Source: the human T2T-CHM13v2.0 reference genome, Homo sapiens
Length of the DNA: 64,000 bases
Direction: 5' to 3' (one strand)
Assembly: GCF_009914755.1 (NCBI RefSeq)
Contig: NC_060938.1
Shown: in pieces, positions 1 through 31,615 of the stretch
Numbering within the stretch: position 1 is the stretch's first letter
Layout of the letters: each line of letters begins with the position of its first letter
Notes under the pieces: model-generated
The model's database searches: none
Seen by the model: only the letters and a program-made list of their open reading frames with translations
What the model was told of the DNA's origin: nothing
Program-made: the position numbers and the translations under genes

Positions 1-2
1 CT

Positions 3-245
<243 letters not shown>

Positions 246-579
246 TCAGAGACAGGAGGGCTATGTTACTCCTGAGGGAGCCCAGGCTCCAGCGAGTGGC
301 TTTGTCCTCTGCAGCCCCCCTCCCTACCCCCGCTCCTCTCCTCCACCCTGGGAGAGGCACCTGCTGTTGCACCCTCCCCTACTCAGGGCTCTGCTTCTCC
401 TGCCCTCTGAGGTGATGCTGAAGGACAATCTCTGTAAGGGGTTTCCCTGGGGTGGCATTGGCTGGAGTATGCTAAGGGTTGGCGCTGAGTGCTTGGGACA
501 GCAGACCCCTGGTCCAGCAATCCGGCTCCCAGGAGAAGCATGCCCCAGTCTCTGCAGAGAAAATGGGGGCAGTTCTCAC

Positions 580-612
580 CTGGTTATCCCTTCACGGAGA
601 ATCCTGAAGAAT
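580..612 (-). other. MYH6: MYH6 non-coding exon 2 (5' UTR)
   Basis: CAG acceptor 615-613, GTGAG donor 579-575; matches recalled MYH6 mRNA leader ATTCTTCAGGATTCTCCGTGAAGGGATAACCAG. Confidence 0.85.
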
Positions 613-1256
613 CTGGACCGTGGGTGGAGCAAGGAACAACAGAGGTAGAGCCGGGCAGAGAGAAGAACAGATGAGGAGAGTGAAGAACAACAGAGGCAGG
701 CCACCCGGGGATGGAGGCAGCCCCAGAGCGCAGACAGGCAGGACAGACCAGGGAGTCAGAAAGGGAAAGACGCAGAGGCAGAAAAGAAAGGGCACCGAGT
801 CAATATGAGTGCGAGGGACGGGGTGTGGAAACAGGGTTAGAAGCAGAGAGGCAGGGAGGTGAGAACACGTGCCAAGAAGGAAGGACAAGGGAGAGAGACA
901 AAGAAGCATGATTGTGACAAGTGTCGATGAAGACCAAGAGGCAAGATAAAACCAGGATCAAGGGAAGGAAGCCATCCAAAGGAGGAAGGAAGATGGAAAG
1001 ATGGAGACAACATGTAGGAGACTCAGAATGATGCAGAGAAAGAAATGGAGAGTCAGAGAAGGAGAAAAGAGGTTTCTGGGTTTCCTGTGGAACCTCCTTG
1101 TGTCAGGGGGAACTTCCCTGGGCCTGGAGATAGGCAGTTTTAATAGAGCCCTTAGGCCTCCAACTGACCTGCACCCCACTCCTGGTGAAGGAGGTCCCTC
1201 ACGGTGGGGGCTCTGTGGACGGGCTGCAGGGCATCCCACCCCAAACCTCCTCTTAC

Positions 1257-1279
1257 CTGGGCCGCAGGAGTCTCTCTAT
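1257..1279 (-). other. MYH6: MYH6 non-coding exon 1 (TSS approximate)
   Basis: GTAAG donor at 1256-1252; TATAAA about 25 nt upstream at 1307-1302. Confidence 0.85.
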
Positions 1280-1620
1280 CTGTCCTCAAAGCTCCAGTTC
1301 CTTTATATCCCGTTTCCCCCACCCTCTGTCTAAATTTGGAGTCCTTCCGGAGGGACCCTCCCTCCCACCTCTCTCCCCTCCTGGCTCCTCCTCCTTTGAT
1401 CCTTTGGCTCTGGAGGTGACAGGAGGACAGCAGGGCCCCCTGATTTGCCCAAGAAAGGTCTGCTGCCCCAGCCTCTCTGGCTCCACGGCCTTTTTTTAGT
1501 CCTTGGGCACATTCCTCCCCTTCAAAGGGCTGATGAGCAGATAGTGGGAAGACAGGACCTTCTCACACCGCCTCTCCCACCCTGCCATGGCCCTTACCTC
1601 AGTTATTTTTAACCCGAAGG
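1280..1620 (-). promoter_or_regulatory. MYH6: MYH6 proximal promoter
   Basis: TATA 1302-1307; CArG-like CCAAATTTAG 1330-1339; DR4 thyroid response element AGGTGAcaggAGGACA 1414-1429; M-CAT CATTCCT 1510-1516; GATA AGATAG 1539-1544; MEF2 TTAAAAATAA 1603-1612. Confidence 0.9.
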
Positions 1621-4152
1621 GTGAACTGAAAACATGGGTGAGGGTCACCTTCTCCTGCAGGCCAAATGCCTGTCCTCCGCCTCCCAACCATGGGCTTTCC
1701 TCCCCTGTTCCCCAGCCTCTCCTTCCCATTCTGACCTCCCTCACACAGTCCCAGGCTGGGAGCATCTTCCTGCTGTTAGTACTGGAGCCCCCAGTGCTAG
1801 GGACTAAAAGCTGCAGTATGGTGCCCAGGGAAGGGATCTGTTGTCCATCTCCATGGCTCAGTTTTCTTTTGTCAGGAAATTCTGTCCTGGCCTCAGTCTG
1901 CATAAGTGCCATGCCTGGTCTCCTTCTGTTCCCCAAGTCTTCAGACAAGTGTTCTCCCAAGGTCTTGAGGCCACCCTGGTTTGGGGACACGTCTGGAGTC
2001 CCCACCCCTTCCCTAATGCTCCTGATAGAGTGGCCAACATCCAACCTGCTCACGCAATGGCAGTGATTCTCCCTGCCGCCTCAGGCAGATTTTCACACAG
2101 AACCCCAGTTCAGCACTCTCACATACAGACTTGACCGTGTCTGTGCCCATCTTCAGCCACACATGCAGATTTTTCACACTTACCCACTCAAGCTTGCAGA
2201 TTTCTTTTCTACTTTCTTTTGTGTACATGGATGCACACATTTGCACATCCGCATTTGCACACATAGGCTTTTGCCCTCCCCTGCTACCCTCTGCTCCTGG
2301 GGTGGGGTGGGCAGAAGAAGATGGTGCTAATCCTAGGGCCTGAGAGAGGAGGGGGGTGGGTGAGGGGCTGTCCCCTTCTGCCTCACCGGGCTGCCAGAGG
2401 GTGCAGGTGCCTGGCAGGCCTGGGGATTTACACCATCTGGTCCCCAGGCACTGCATTCCATCGGGGTGGGGCTCTGCCACCTGCCCCCTCCCCAGGCAGA
2501 ATTTTGTTGCCCCTTTCCAAGCCCTCCAGGGCTTATACTCACATTCCCTTCTTTGTGGGTGTCCTCAAGCACCCTAGGCCCTCAAGGCCCCGCTCCCCAT
2601 CCTCCAATGCTGCCATCTCTCAGAGGCTGTAGGTGTCAGGTCTTCAGCAGGCTGTTCCTGTTATGACTAAGTGGACATTGTGTTCAGGAAACAAAGCCAG
2701 ACTCCCCTGCTCTGGCCTTCCCCCCACCCTCACACCCAGGAACACCCTCCCAGCCCCCCTCCCACCAGTTTACTGTCACCTCTCAATATAGCTCCAGGGT
2801 GTGGAGGTGGGTAGGACGACAGGGGTCAGCTTCTCTGGGTAGGAGCACTTTCCATTAAGATGTGGCCTCTCCCCTAGCTCCCTAGGACGCTGCCACCCCA
2901 TTCCTGGGCTCAGGAACACACCTCTCTTTCCAGAGCATTTGGACCTTTTCTCAATGTCCTTGGAGGGACCTTAGTTGACCCCACATCCCCATCTTCTGCA
3001 GGTGCTTATGCCAAATCATTACCCCCAGGGGATGCAGGCCACCTGTCCCCAGCTCTAGGTTACTCGAGGCCCCAGAATTCGAGCCGGGGGGTTAGCCCAT
3101 GGCCAGTGCGTCACTGCTTGGTTCCCATAGCTCTGGGGACATGATAAGGAGCTGAGAACGCCAGGTCAGTCTGGGTCGGGGTCAGGTGACAAAGACCAGG
3201 CTTTGTCCTCAGGGAACCCTGTGCTCTGAGCAGGCCTCACTTGGTATAGGTGGTGGTGGCAGGGCAGCGGGGAGTGGAGGTGGTGGGGGGTAGTCCCCCG
3301 CTCCTGTGGAAGGAGGAGGAAGGAAGGTGTTCACTCAGCCCCAGGCCCTGCCCGTCTGCTCCGCTGTACCGTCCTCTCCCTTCCCCAGGCTCCTTCTCTC
3401 CCTGCTCTCACATATTGCTCTCCGTCCTCCCTAAGCTGCCTTGCACACAGCTCCTCATTCTGCTGGGAGTCCTGGAATATAAGGACAGGGATGGAGGCTT
3501 CGGCCACAGGTGAGGGTGCCAAGGAGGCAAGGCTGGCCTCCCTGGCACAGGTTGCCTGTCTTCTGCCTGGCTCCCCGTTGCATCTGTCTCTGTCTCACCT
3601 TCATTCCCTCTGCCTGCTTCTCCATCTCAGAGTGGGGCCTGCCTCCGATTCTCCCTGGCCCGTGTCTCCACCCGGCTCAGGGTCTAACATGAGGCTCTGC
3701 CCTCTCCGAGCTGGCCTCTTCTCTCGCCCTGGGCCTCCACATCTTGCTCCAGGCTCTTCCTCCTCTCCAATCTCCTTGCGCCTTCCTGACTCTCCTTGCA
3801 TTTGCAAGTGACCCAGGATTCTTTCCTTCACTCGGGATCACCACCCGCAGCTCTTCAAGCTTCTCCCTCCAAGGCTCCCTCTCTTTTCCTCTCTCCCCAT
3901 CCCCCTCAGCACCCCTCCTTCTCCCTGGCTTGGCTCTCAGACCTCTCTCAACCCTGCTGTCTGCATCCAGCCCCCGACCATTCTCATAGGATCTGTATCT
4001 CTTGCGGTCTCTCTTGCTCTGGTTGCTTAGGTGCCCTGGGTCTCTCTGCATAGCTCCCTTTTCAAGGGTTCTCTCCTTTGTTTCTAGTTATCTCTTCATT
4101 GCTGTCCAAGTCTGTTCCTAGCCAGAGGAATGGCCCTAGGGATCTCGGCCCA

Positions 4153-4352
4153 AGCCGAGGTTGTGCCACTGCACTCCAGCCTGGGCAGCAGAGTGAGACT
4201 CCGTCACAAAAACAAAAACAAAAACAAAAAGGCTGAAAGAATCCTAGAAATCACAGAGAACTGAATTACCTTGGCCTCTGGGGCTGTGTGGTTCAATTGA
4301 GCTGGATAAATGAAAAGGAAGCATCCCTGGTTTGAGGGAGCTCTGTCTGGGT
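4153..4352 (+). repeat. Dispersed duplicate of MYH7 intron 39 segment (Alu 3' end plus 122 bp unique flank)
   Basis: 4231-4352 aligns ungapped to 6595-6716 (108/122 by hand count); preceded by Alu right-arm end and A-rich tail. Confidence 0.9.
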
Positions 4353-5763
4353 TGGCCTAGGGAAGGAGAATGGAGGTGGCTATGAGGAGAAAGGTGGCGG
4401 CGCCTGCGGATCTTTCTGGGGCCTCCTCATTTCCTGCATCTTTTTTCCTTGTCTCTGTTTCCTCTGGTTACCTTGTCCTGTGGTTGCTCAATCTCTTTGT
4501 CCACTGCCACCCCCTCAGGTCTTTCCTTGTCCCCTCCCTACCCCCTTTTTCTCCTCTGCTGTCACCTGCTATTGTCCAGTACTGGTTTCTCCTTCTCCGG
4601 CTTAGGGCCCTTGGCTCTGGCTGCCGCAGTCCTCAGAGCTCCGAGCTCAGAGCTGGGTACAGAGCAGGAGTGGGCTCCGAGTGGGTATGTTGGTGGGTTG
4701 GGGGAGATCCAGTCCAGGGCTGAACCACTGCTTCCCAGGTTCCCAGTGGGGCCGACAGCCCCAGTGCCTTTCAAGCCCCTGACCTCTGTGGCCCACAGTC
4801 CCAGGCCTGCCTAAGCAACCCAGCTGTGGCAGGAACTCCAAAGGGGCTGAACTTGTTTAGTTGGAGGAGACTTACTCTTTCCTCCACCTCCTGGCCCTCT
4901 CGGGAGCCATCCCTTCCCTCCCTCTCCCCAGAGTCCTGTTCACACATAACCTTCCCCAGCCCCTCATCTGTCTGCCTCCCCTCAAGATGGCTTGCCATAA
5001 ATGGGCCAGGAGAACCCCATCTTCCCACAAGCCCAGAGGACAAAGGGCTTGGTAATGGGAATTACAATGGGAAGAAATGAGTGGGAAGAAGGGAGCACCC
5101 TGGGCCAAGGGGGCTCGGCACCAGGAGGAGCTGAGGAGGACGGCAGGTGGGCTGAGGGTGTGTTTCTCCCACCTGTGGTGGGCAGGGGGTATGCTGGCTT
5201 CTGGCGGTGGCTGGAGAGGGTGGTGGCTCTATTTAAAAGGGGATGCAGGCTACAGCTGTGAATCCTTGTGTACTCTCAGAGACTCGCCTGGGACTGGCAC
5301 TTAGGCAGCCATTGCCTCACCTGGCCCAGTGGTTCACACTTCTGCGGGCTCAGAAAGGGCACTGGCCAGCACCCACACCCCGAACCGCTGCCCTTTGCCC
5401 AGCCCTGGGCAGTATCCATGGTGGTGGGTGGGGCAGGGTTGACGGAAGCTGGGGTGCAGGTCCACAGTAGATGGGCTCAGGGTGCTCTAGGTGAACTTTA
5501 GGGGTCTCCCTAAATCTCCTTTAAATCCTGGCTGGACCAGGGAGAAGGCTGGGAGGAGAGGTGTCGCCTCTGCTGCATTTGGCTGGTTTGGGGGAAGTGA
5601 AAGGGGTTTTCAGTGCTGCTCCACGAAGGCCTCCTAGGCCAGGCCTTTGAATTTGCCCCCACTCCCCTGCATTTCCACCTCCCCTAGTCCAGACCCCATC
5701 CCCGGGTCCTCAGGGCAGTGAAGAAGAGTCTGGAGTCAGGATCTCGGCTTCAAGGAAAATTGC

Positions 5764-5769
5764 TTTATT
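5764..5769 (-). terminator. MYH7: MYH7 polyadenylation signal AATAAA
   Basis: tttatt on + strand about 90 nt past the stop codon; cleavage expected near 5740. Confidence 0.9.
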
Positions 5770-5857
5770 CTGCTTCCTCCCAAGGAGCTGTTACACAGGC
5801 TCCAGCATGGGGCTTTGCTGGCACCTCCAGGGCTGAGCAGATCAAGATGTGGCAAAG

Positions 5858-26826
<20,969 letters not shown>

Positions 26827-27191
26827 CTAGCACCATGCTCAAGAGTCAAGAGGAGTTACCAGTGAGTCCCTTCCTCTTTGAGGTTACCCCTTAACCAGAG
26901 GAGCAGCCTAGCAAACCTGCCAGGGTAAAAGGAACAACTAACTATTGTTCAAGCTGGGGCTCTCCTAGGGGAAGGAAGAGCATTCTGAGCTCCCTGTAGG
27001 AGCAGAAATCTAACTATTTCCATCTCTGACCCTCATCTATCCCTGGACCCCCTGGTCACAGGTAAGTAGCTCTTGATAGCCAAGATATTCTCTCCAGCAC
27101 ATGGCAGAAACTAGAGTTCCATAGGCTGGCTTTGGGGCTCTAATGCCCAGTCTTACTAGATTTTCAACACTCTAGCTTCAGCTTTTCTTAC

Positions 27192-27247
27192 CTGGGCTAC
27201 TCAAGTGTGTCTACAGATGAGGAAAGGGGCCAAGGCCTGCAGGGGAC
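27192..27247 (-). other. MYH7: MYH7 non-coding exon 2
   Basis: CAG acceptor 27250-27248; GTAAG donor 27191-27187. Confidence 0.85.
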
Positions 27248-28361
27248 CTGGAGAGAGGGAAGAGGCTGTGTCAGGGCAGGCTGTGCCCAACCTGACCAGT
27301 CCCACCTTCCTGCTTCTCCCTGGCTCTGTTCTTCAGCATCCACCCTCTTCCAAAACAAGGTGGAAAGGGTGGTCAGCTTCTCTGGTCCCATCCTTCTTGT
27401 TTTTCAAACCCTATTCCCTTTTTCCTCAAGAACTAGTTCTAACAGCTTCCTGGTGTCAACTCAACCTGAACCCTAATCCTCTTCACTCCTGCGAGATGGT
27501 CCCACCCCTGCCTGTACCCATCTAGTGGTACCTTTCTTTGAGCCATCTGAGAGACAACTAATGGTCACATTTGTTCGGCACTTTCCAGTCTAAAAGCACT
27601 TCAATGCACTTTCTCCTACTCAGTCTTCACCCCATTTGACAGATGAGGAAATCGAGGTTAAATGGCTTGCTTGGCCAAGAGCCCATGACAACAAGTGGGA
27701 GAGCCAAGACTTGAATGCAAGTCTGATGACTCTAAAGAGACTTCTTTTCCATCCTGTCCCCATTTTGTTGTCAGACTTTGTGGACATTCTCAGAGAGAAG
27801 ACACTGTGGGCTTCCTCTCACAGACACACCCATCACATAGCCAAACACCCTCCACAAGCCCTCTGATGAACACTCATGCCTGCTGCTTGGGCATGCCTCT
27901 CACATGAAGACAGGCTTCCTTCCCATACCTCAATCCGCACCCCAACCCCAGGGTGCCATATATGCCTCAACAGCAAATGTGCACATTTCAGGATGTGTGC
28001 CACGTAAGTAGATCACATCACTGCGTGTTCTTCAGTACACAAAGACCTGGAACATCCTACACCCCCGTGCCTGTGAGTTCCTTCTGCAGAGGGTACAGAT
28101 ACTATAACAGTCATGACTCGTGGAGGCATAGACAAGAACCTCTGCATGCATGGACAGGGGTAGCTACACATTCCAGGCCTCACAGAATCACATGAAGGCA
28201 TACACACTTCCTAGAATCCTTCTCCACCATTCTTTCTCCCTCCCTGCAAAGGAACCTCCTCGTTCACAGACGTGATCATACACCCACATCTCCCACTTGA
28301 TATTTCTGTATCAGTCAGTGAGGTACATACCCTTTCTCACATTCAGACTATGCAGGCTTGT

Positions 28362-28362
<1 letters not shown>

Positions 28363-28396
<34 letters not shown>
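28363..28396. repeat. (CA)17 microsatellite, MYH7 intron 1
   Basis: Direct read. Confidence 0.96.
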
Positions 28397-28400
<4 letters not shown>

Positions 28401-28617
28401 GTAATGCATATTGGTCCCATATGCTCAGATGCAGATATCTTCCCCTAGGAACTCCTGTGGCACATACGCCCATGTTTAGACCTGCACATGTGTGCCCAGT
28501 GACTGGACCTGGTACTCTGCATGAAGTCCTGCATGAAGCTTGCTATTCCAAGAGGAATCCCTTCCTAAGCCTGGAGCCCCCTTATCCCAGAGTAAAGCCT
28601 CCAGCTCCCGCTCCTAC

Positions 28618-28658
28618 CTGAGAGCAGCAGGGAAAGACACAGAGCAGGACAGAGCTGT
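28618..28658 (-). other. MYH7: MYH7 non-coding exon 1 (TSS approximate)
   Basis: GTAGG donor 28617-28613; TATATA 28685-28690 about 27 nt upstream. Confidence 0.85.
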
Positions 28659-28990
28659 GGAGCCAGACCTGGTCTCAGGGGCTGTATATATGGGGCAGCA
28701 GGGCACCCCCACCCCCAACGGCACCCAGTCCCTAGCCGGATTTAGAAAGGGCTGTTGTCACTAGAAGCATTTCCCCCAGGCTCCCCCCCTTCCCAAACAG
28801 TGCTCCCCTCCCCGCCTCTCCAGCTAGGAAACAATTGGAAGTGGTCGTCATTGTTATGGCATGGACTGTGCAGGGTCTGAGTTCCAGGGGGCGGGGTGGC
28901 TCAAAGTGCAGCAAAAATATCTCCCAGGCCAGGCCTCACATTCCACAGCTGGCAGGAGAGGGAACTGACCACGACCACCAAGACCACAGG
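28659..28990 (-). promoter_or_regulatory. MYH7: MYH7 proximal promoter
   Basis: TATA 28685-28690; NFAT/E-box GGAAACAATTG 28827-28837; proximal M-CAT CATGCCA 28857-28863; C-rich 28887-28899; A/T-rich GGAGATATTTTTGC 28911-28924; distal M-CAT CATTCCA 28939-28945; beta-NRE region 28967-28988. Confidence 0.9.
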
Positions 28991-29644
28991 CAGCCAATGT
29001 CCTGGCTCTCCCGCAGGGCACTTCTGGCCCTGGACACTGCTCCCCCTCCAGTCCCCTGCTGCGAGGCCCCTGATGGCCTGGCCGCATTTCCACAGTGTCC
29101 TCCCTGCTCTCCTGGCCCAGGTCCTGTATCCAACTGGAAGCTGGGAAGGGGCTGAGTGTCAGCAGCAGAGAAGGGTAGGACAGAGTTGGGGGCATGGCCC
29201 CAGGGTGAGGCAGCTAGACTGGGGCAGCTGGAAGGACATTTCCTAGCCAGGTGGCAAGAACAATAACCATGGAGCTTAGAGATGGGGACTCTGGCTCAGG
29301 CACTGATTTCCTTGGACCAGCAGGCAATGTGTTGAGGTCACCAAGCCTCCGAGCCAGACAGGCCTTTAGCAATCCATCCAAGCACTTCATTTAATGGAGA
29401 GGGACAGTGCATTCTTTAAGGTTATACAGCTAATCGGGGCAGCAGGATTCAAGGTGGGAAACCTCAGCAGATGGGAGTGGAGCCCGGCCTGTGGAGGGTA
29501 GCCTGGAAAGGTGGGCTGGGATTCCAAAGATGTGGGGACCCCCTATGCGCAGAGAGCAGGACCCAGCTGCATTGGTCCTAGTTTGGAGCGGTTTGCCTGA
29601 CTCACGTTCCTGGCTCTGCCCCACAGGTACTAAAGGCCTGAGCC

Positions 29645-30469
29645 CAGAGACAGACCCTCTCAGAGCTATAGATAATACAACTACTTGGAGCTGGAAGGAG
29701 ACCCCTAAGACAGCTGTTGTCTGGCCCACCCAGCCTCAGCTTTATCCAGAGCTGGAGGCGACTAGTGTTCTGGCAAGTGAGGCAGAGTAACAGGACAGGA
29801 AAAATCTTCCCCTCTGCAGGCCTGAGGAACAGCCACAAAGGAGGGGAGGAAAGGGAGCTGGGGCCCAGCCTACGAGCACAGAACACAACCGATGCCATGC
29901 TCTTCTAGCAACGGGGCATGCAAGCTTGACTGGCTCCGTGTCTAGGCAACCACTGCACGATTTGGTGTGAAATCTCCCCCTTCTTCCCAAGCACAGCTCT
30001 TCCGCGCATGCGGATTAGTCCATCTGATTAGCTGTCAGCTTGGAAGGAGTGAGGCAGGCCTGGGGGATGGGTGCAGCAGGTACATTTTGAAGGTGGGGTG
30101 GGCATAGCAGGGAAGGGAAAATCCAGGAGGAGGCCTCTGTGGGGGTTGCTTGGTAACCAAGGCACTAAGGTACAGTCTGAGGACATTGAGCAGCTATAAG
30201 GGGGGTGCAGGCAAGTGGGGGTAGACCACGAACTGCAAGGGCTGTGTCTGACAACACCGCAGCTCTGCAGTGCTAAGGTATACAGTTGCTGAGGTTATCC
30301 CAGTAGTCTGTGCTACTAACATGCCCGGCAGAACAGACTCTGGCAGTCCCCCCCAGGCCCTGCCAGGTGCTGAGGAATCAGCCCCATTGACAGAGACAGA
30401 CCCTCTCAAAGCTATAGATAATACAGCTGCTTGGAGCTGGAAGGAAACCCCTAAGACAGCTGTTGTCTG
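29645..30469. repeat. 79-bp dispersed direct repeat (29645-29723 and 30391-30469)
   Basis: 75/79 identical, ungapped. Confidence 0.93.
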
Positions 30470-31133
30470 AGGTTCCCTGTAGGAACCTCAAGGATTGGCG
30501 ATGAGGGGCAAAAACTCCTTTCGTCCCCACCTTCCAGCTTTCCAAGCTCCAAACTGCCACCCCTCCCTGATTTCCCAGGGCAATTAAGATGCACAAAGGG
30601 TGCTTGGGACGTAGTTGAGCCATTTCAAAGCCAGTGTCTTCACCACAGGCCAGCCTCCTTCCTTGGCTGGGGACTTGGGTAGTCTTTTCTGCATTTGGGA
30701 AATCAATCACACTTTGTTTCTCTCCTTTCGGGTTTGGGAGGCTCTGGTCTGTTGGTGTTTGGGTGTTACTGTTCTCCACCCATGCCCCCTCTCATTGCAG
30801 ATAGAACTCACCTCCCTAACTAGGCTTTGCCTCACAGCTCAGACAGATCAGAGGGCCTGCTGTCCTTAAAGATCCCCACTCACTCCCTAGCTCCTCCAGC
30901 ACCTGCTCTTGGTTACATCATGATTCTCTTCCTGCTGCTTGCTGCTGTCTGAAGACTGAGCAGCTTTGCAGATTCCTCCATTCAACAAGTATTTATTGAG
31001 TGCCTACTATGTGCCAGGCATTATTCTGGTCAATAAGGACATAACAATGACCCAAAGAAAGATCCCTGCTCTGGACTGCTTTAGTCAACTGTTTGTAGAA
31101 ATGGCATCCAGGCCTACCCTTTGCACACATGCA

Positions 31134-31615
31134 CATTCCTTGTGGGGAGAGTGAGGGGCCAGGGGCCCCACCATGCTGGGGTGGGTGGGGATTGTGCAGA
31201 GTGTGCTACAAAGTGATAGCAAGATAAAGGAGAGCAAAGCAAAATGCTATAAATAAAGAGAGGCTGGAAGGAGGGCCGCTTCGGCAAGGTAGACCAAATA
31301 AGGCCTGAAGTGAAAGGAAGGTGATCTGTCCCCCGTCCTCCCCTCCCCGCATTGTGCCGGCTTTGTCTGCACTCTGTCACCACCCTGATCAAGTGTGAAG
31401 CCAAAACAGGGGCCATTTGCTGTGAACACGCCAGCGGTAGTTCAGAGGAAAAGTTGCTAAAATTACTCCCAGTAATTGTGAGGGAGGGAGACACCAGGGC
31501 GAATTAGAAGCGATGTCAGCATGGAGAGAGGGGAATCAGAAAAAAGCTCCGGTACCCAAAGGGAAGGAAGAAACGGGGCAGGAAGAGGCAGGGCACTTGG
31601 TGCAGGGGAGGAATG
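31134..31615. promoter_or_regulatory. Candidate cardiac/muscle enhancer about 2.5-2.9 kb upstream of MYH7
   Basis: M-CAT x2, GATA x2, MEF2 CTATAAATAA, perfect CArG CCAAATAAGG, SOX, NKX2-5 TCAAGTG. Confidence 0.65.

Noticed and set aside
5562-5577. CTCF-like motif near the MYH7 3' end (also 27517-27531)
   Set aside because: Mismatches at core positions; cannot be supported without ChIP data
29645-30469. Direct repeats as LTRs of a small retroelement or a CRISPR-like array
   Set aside because: Only two copies, no TG..CA termini, TSD, primer-binding site or spacer array; eukaryotic context
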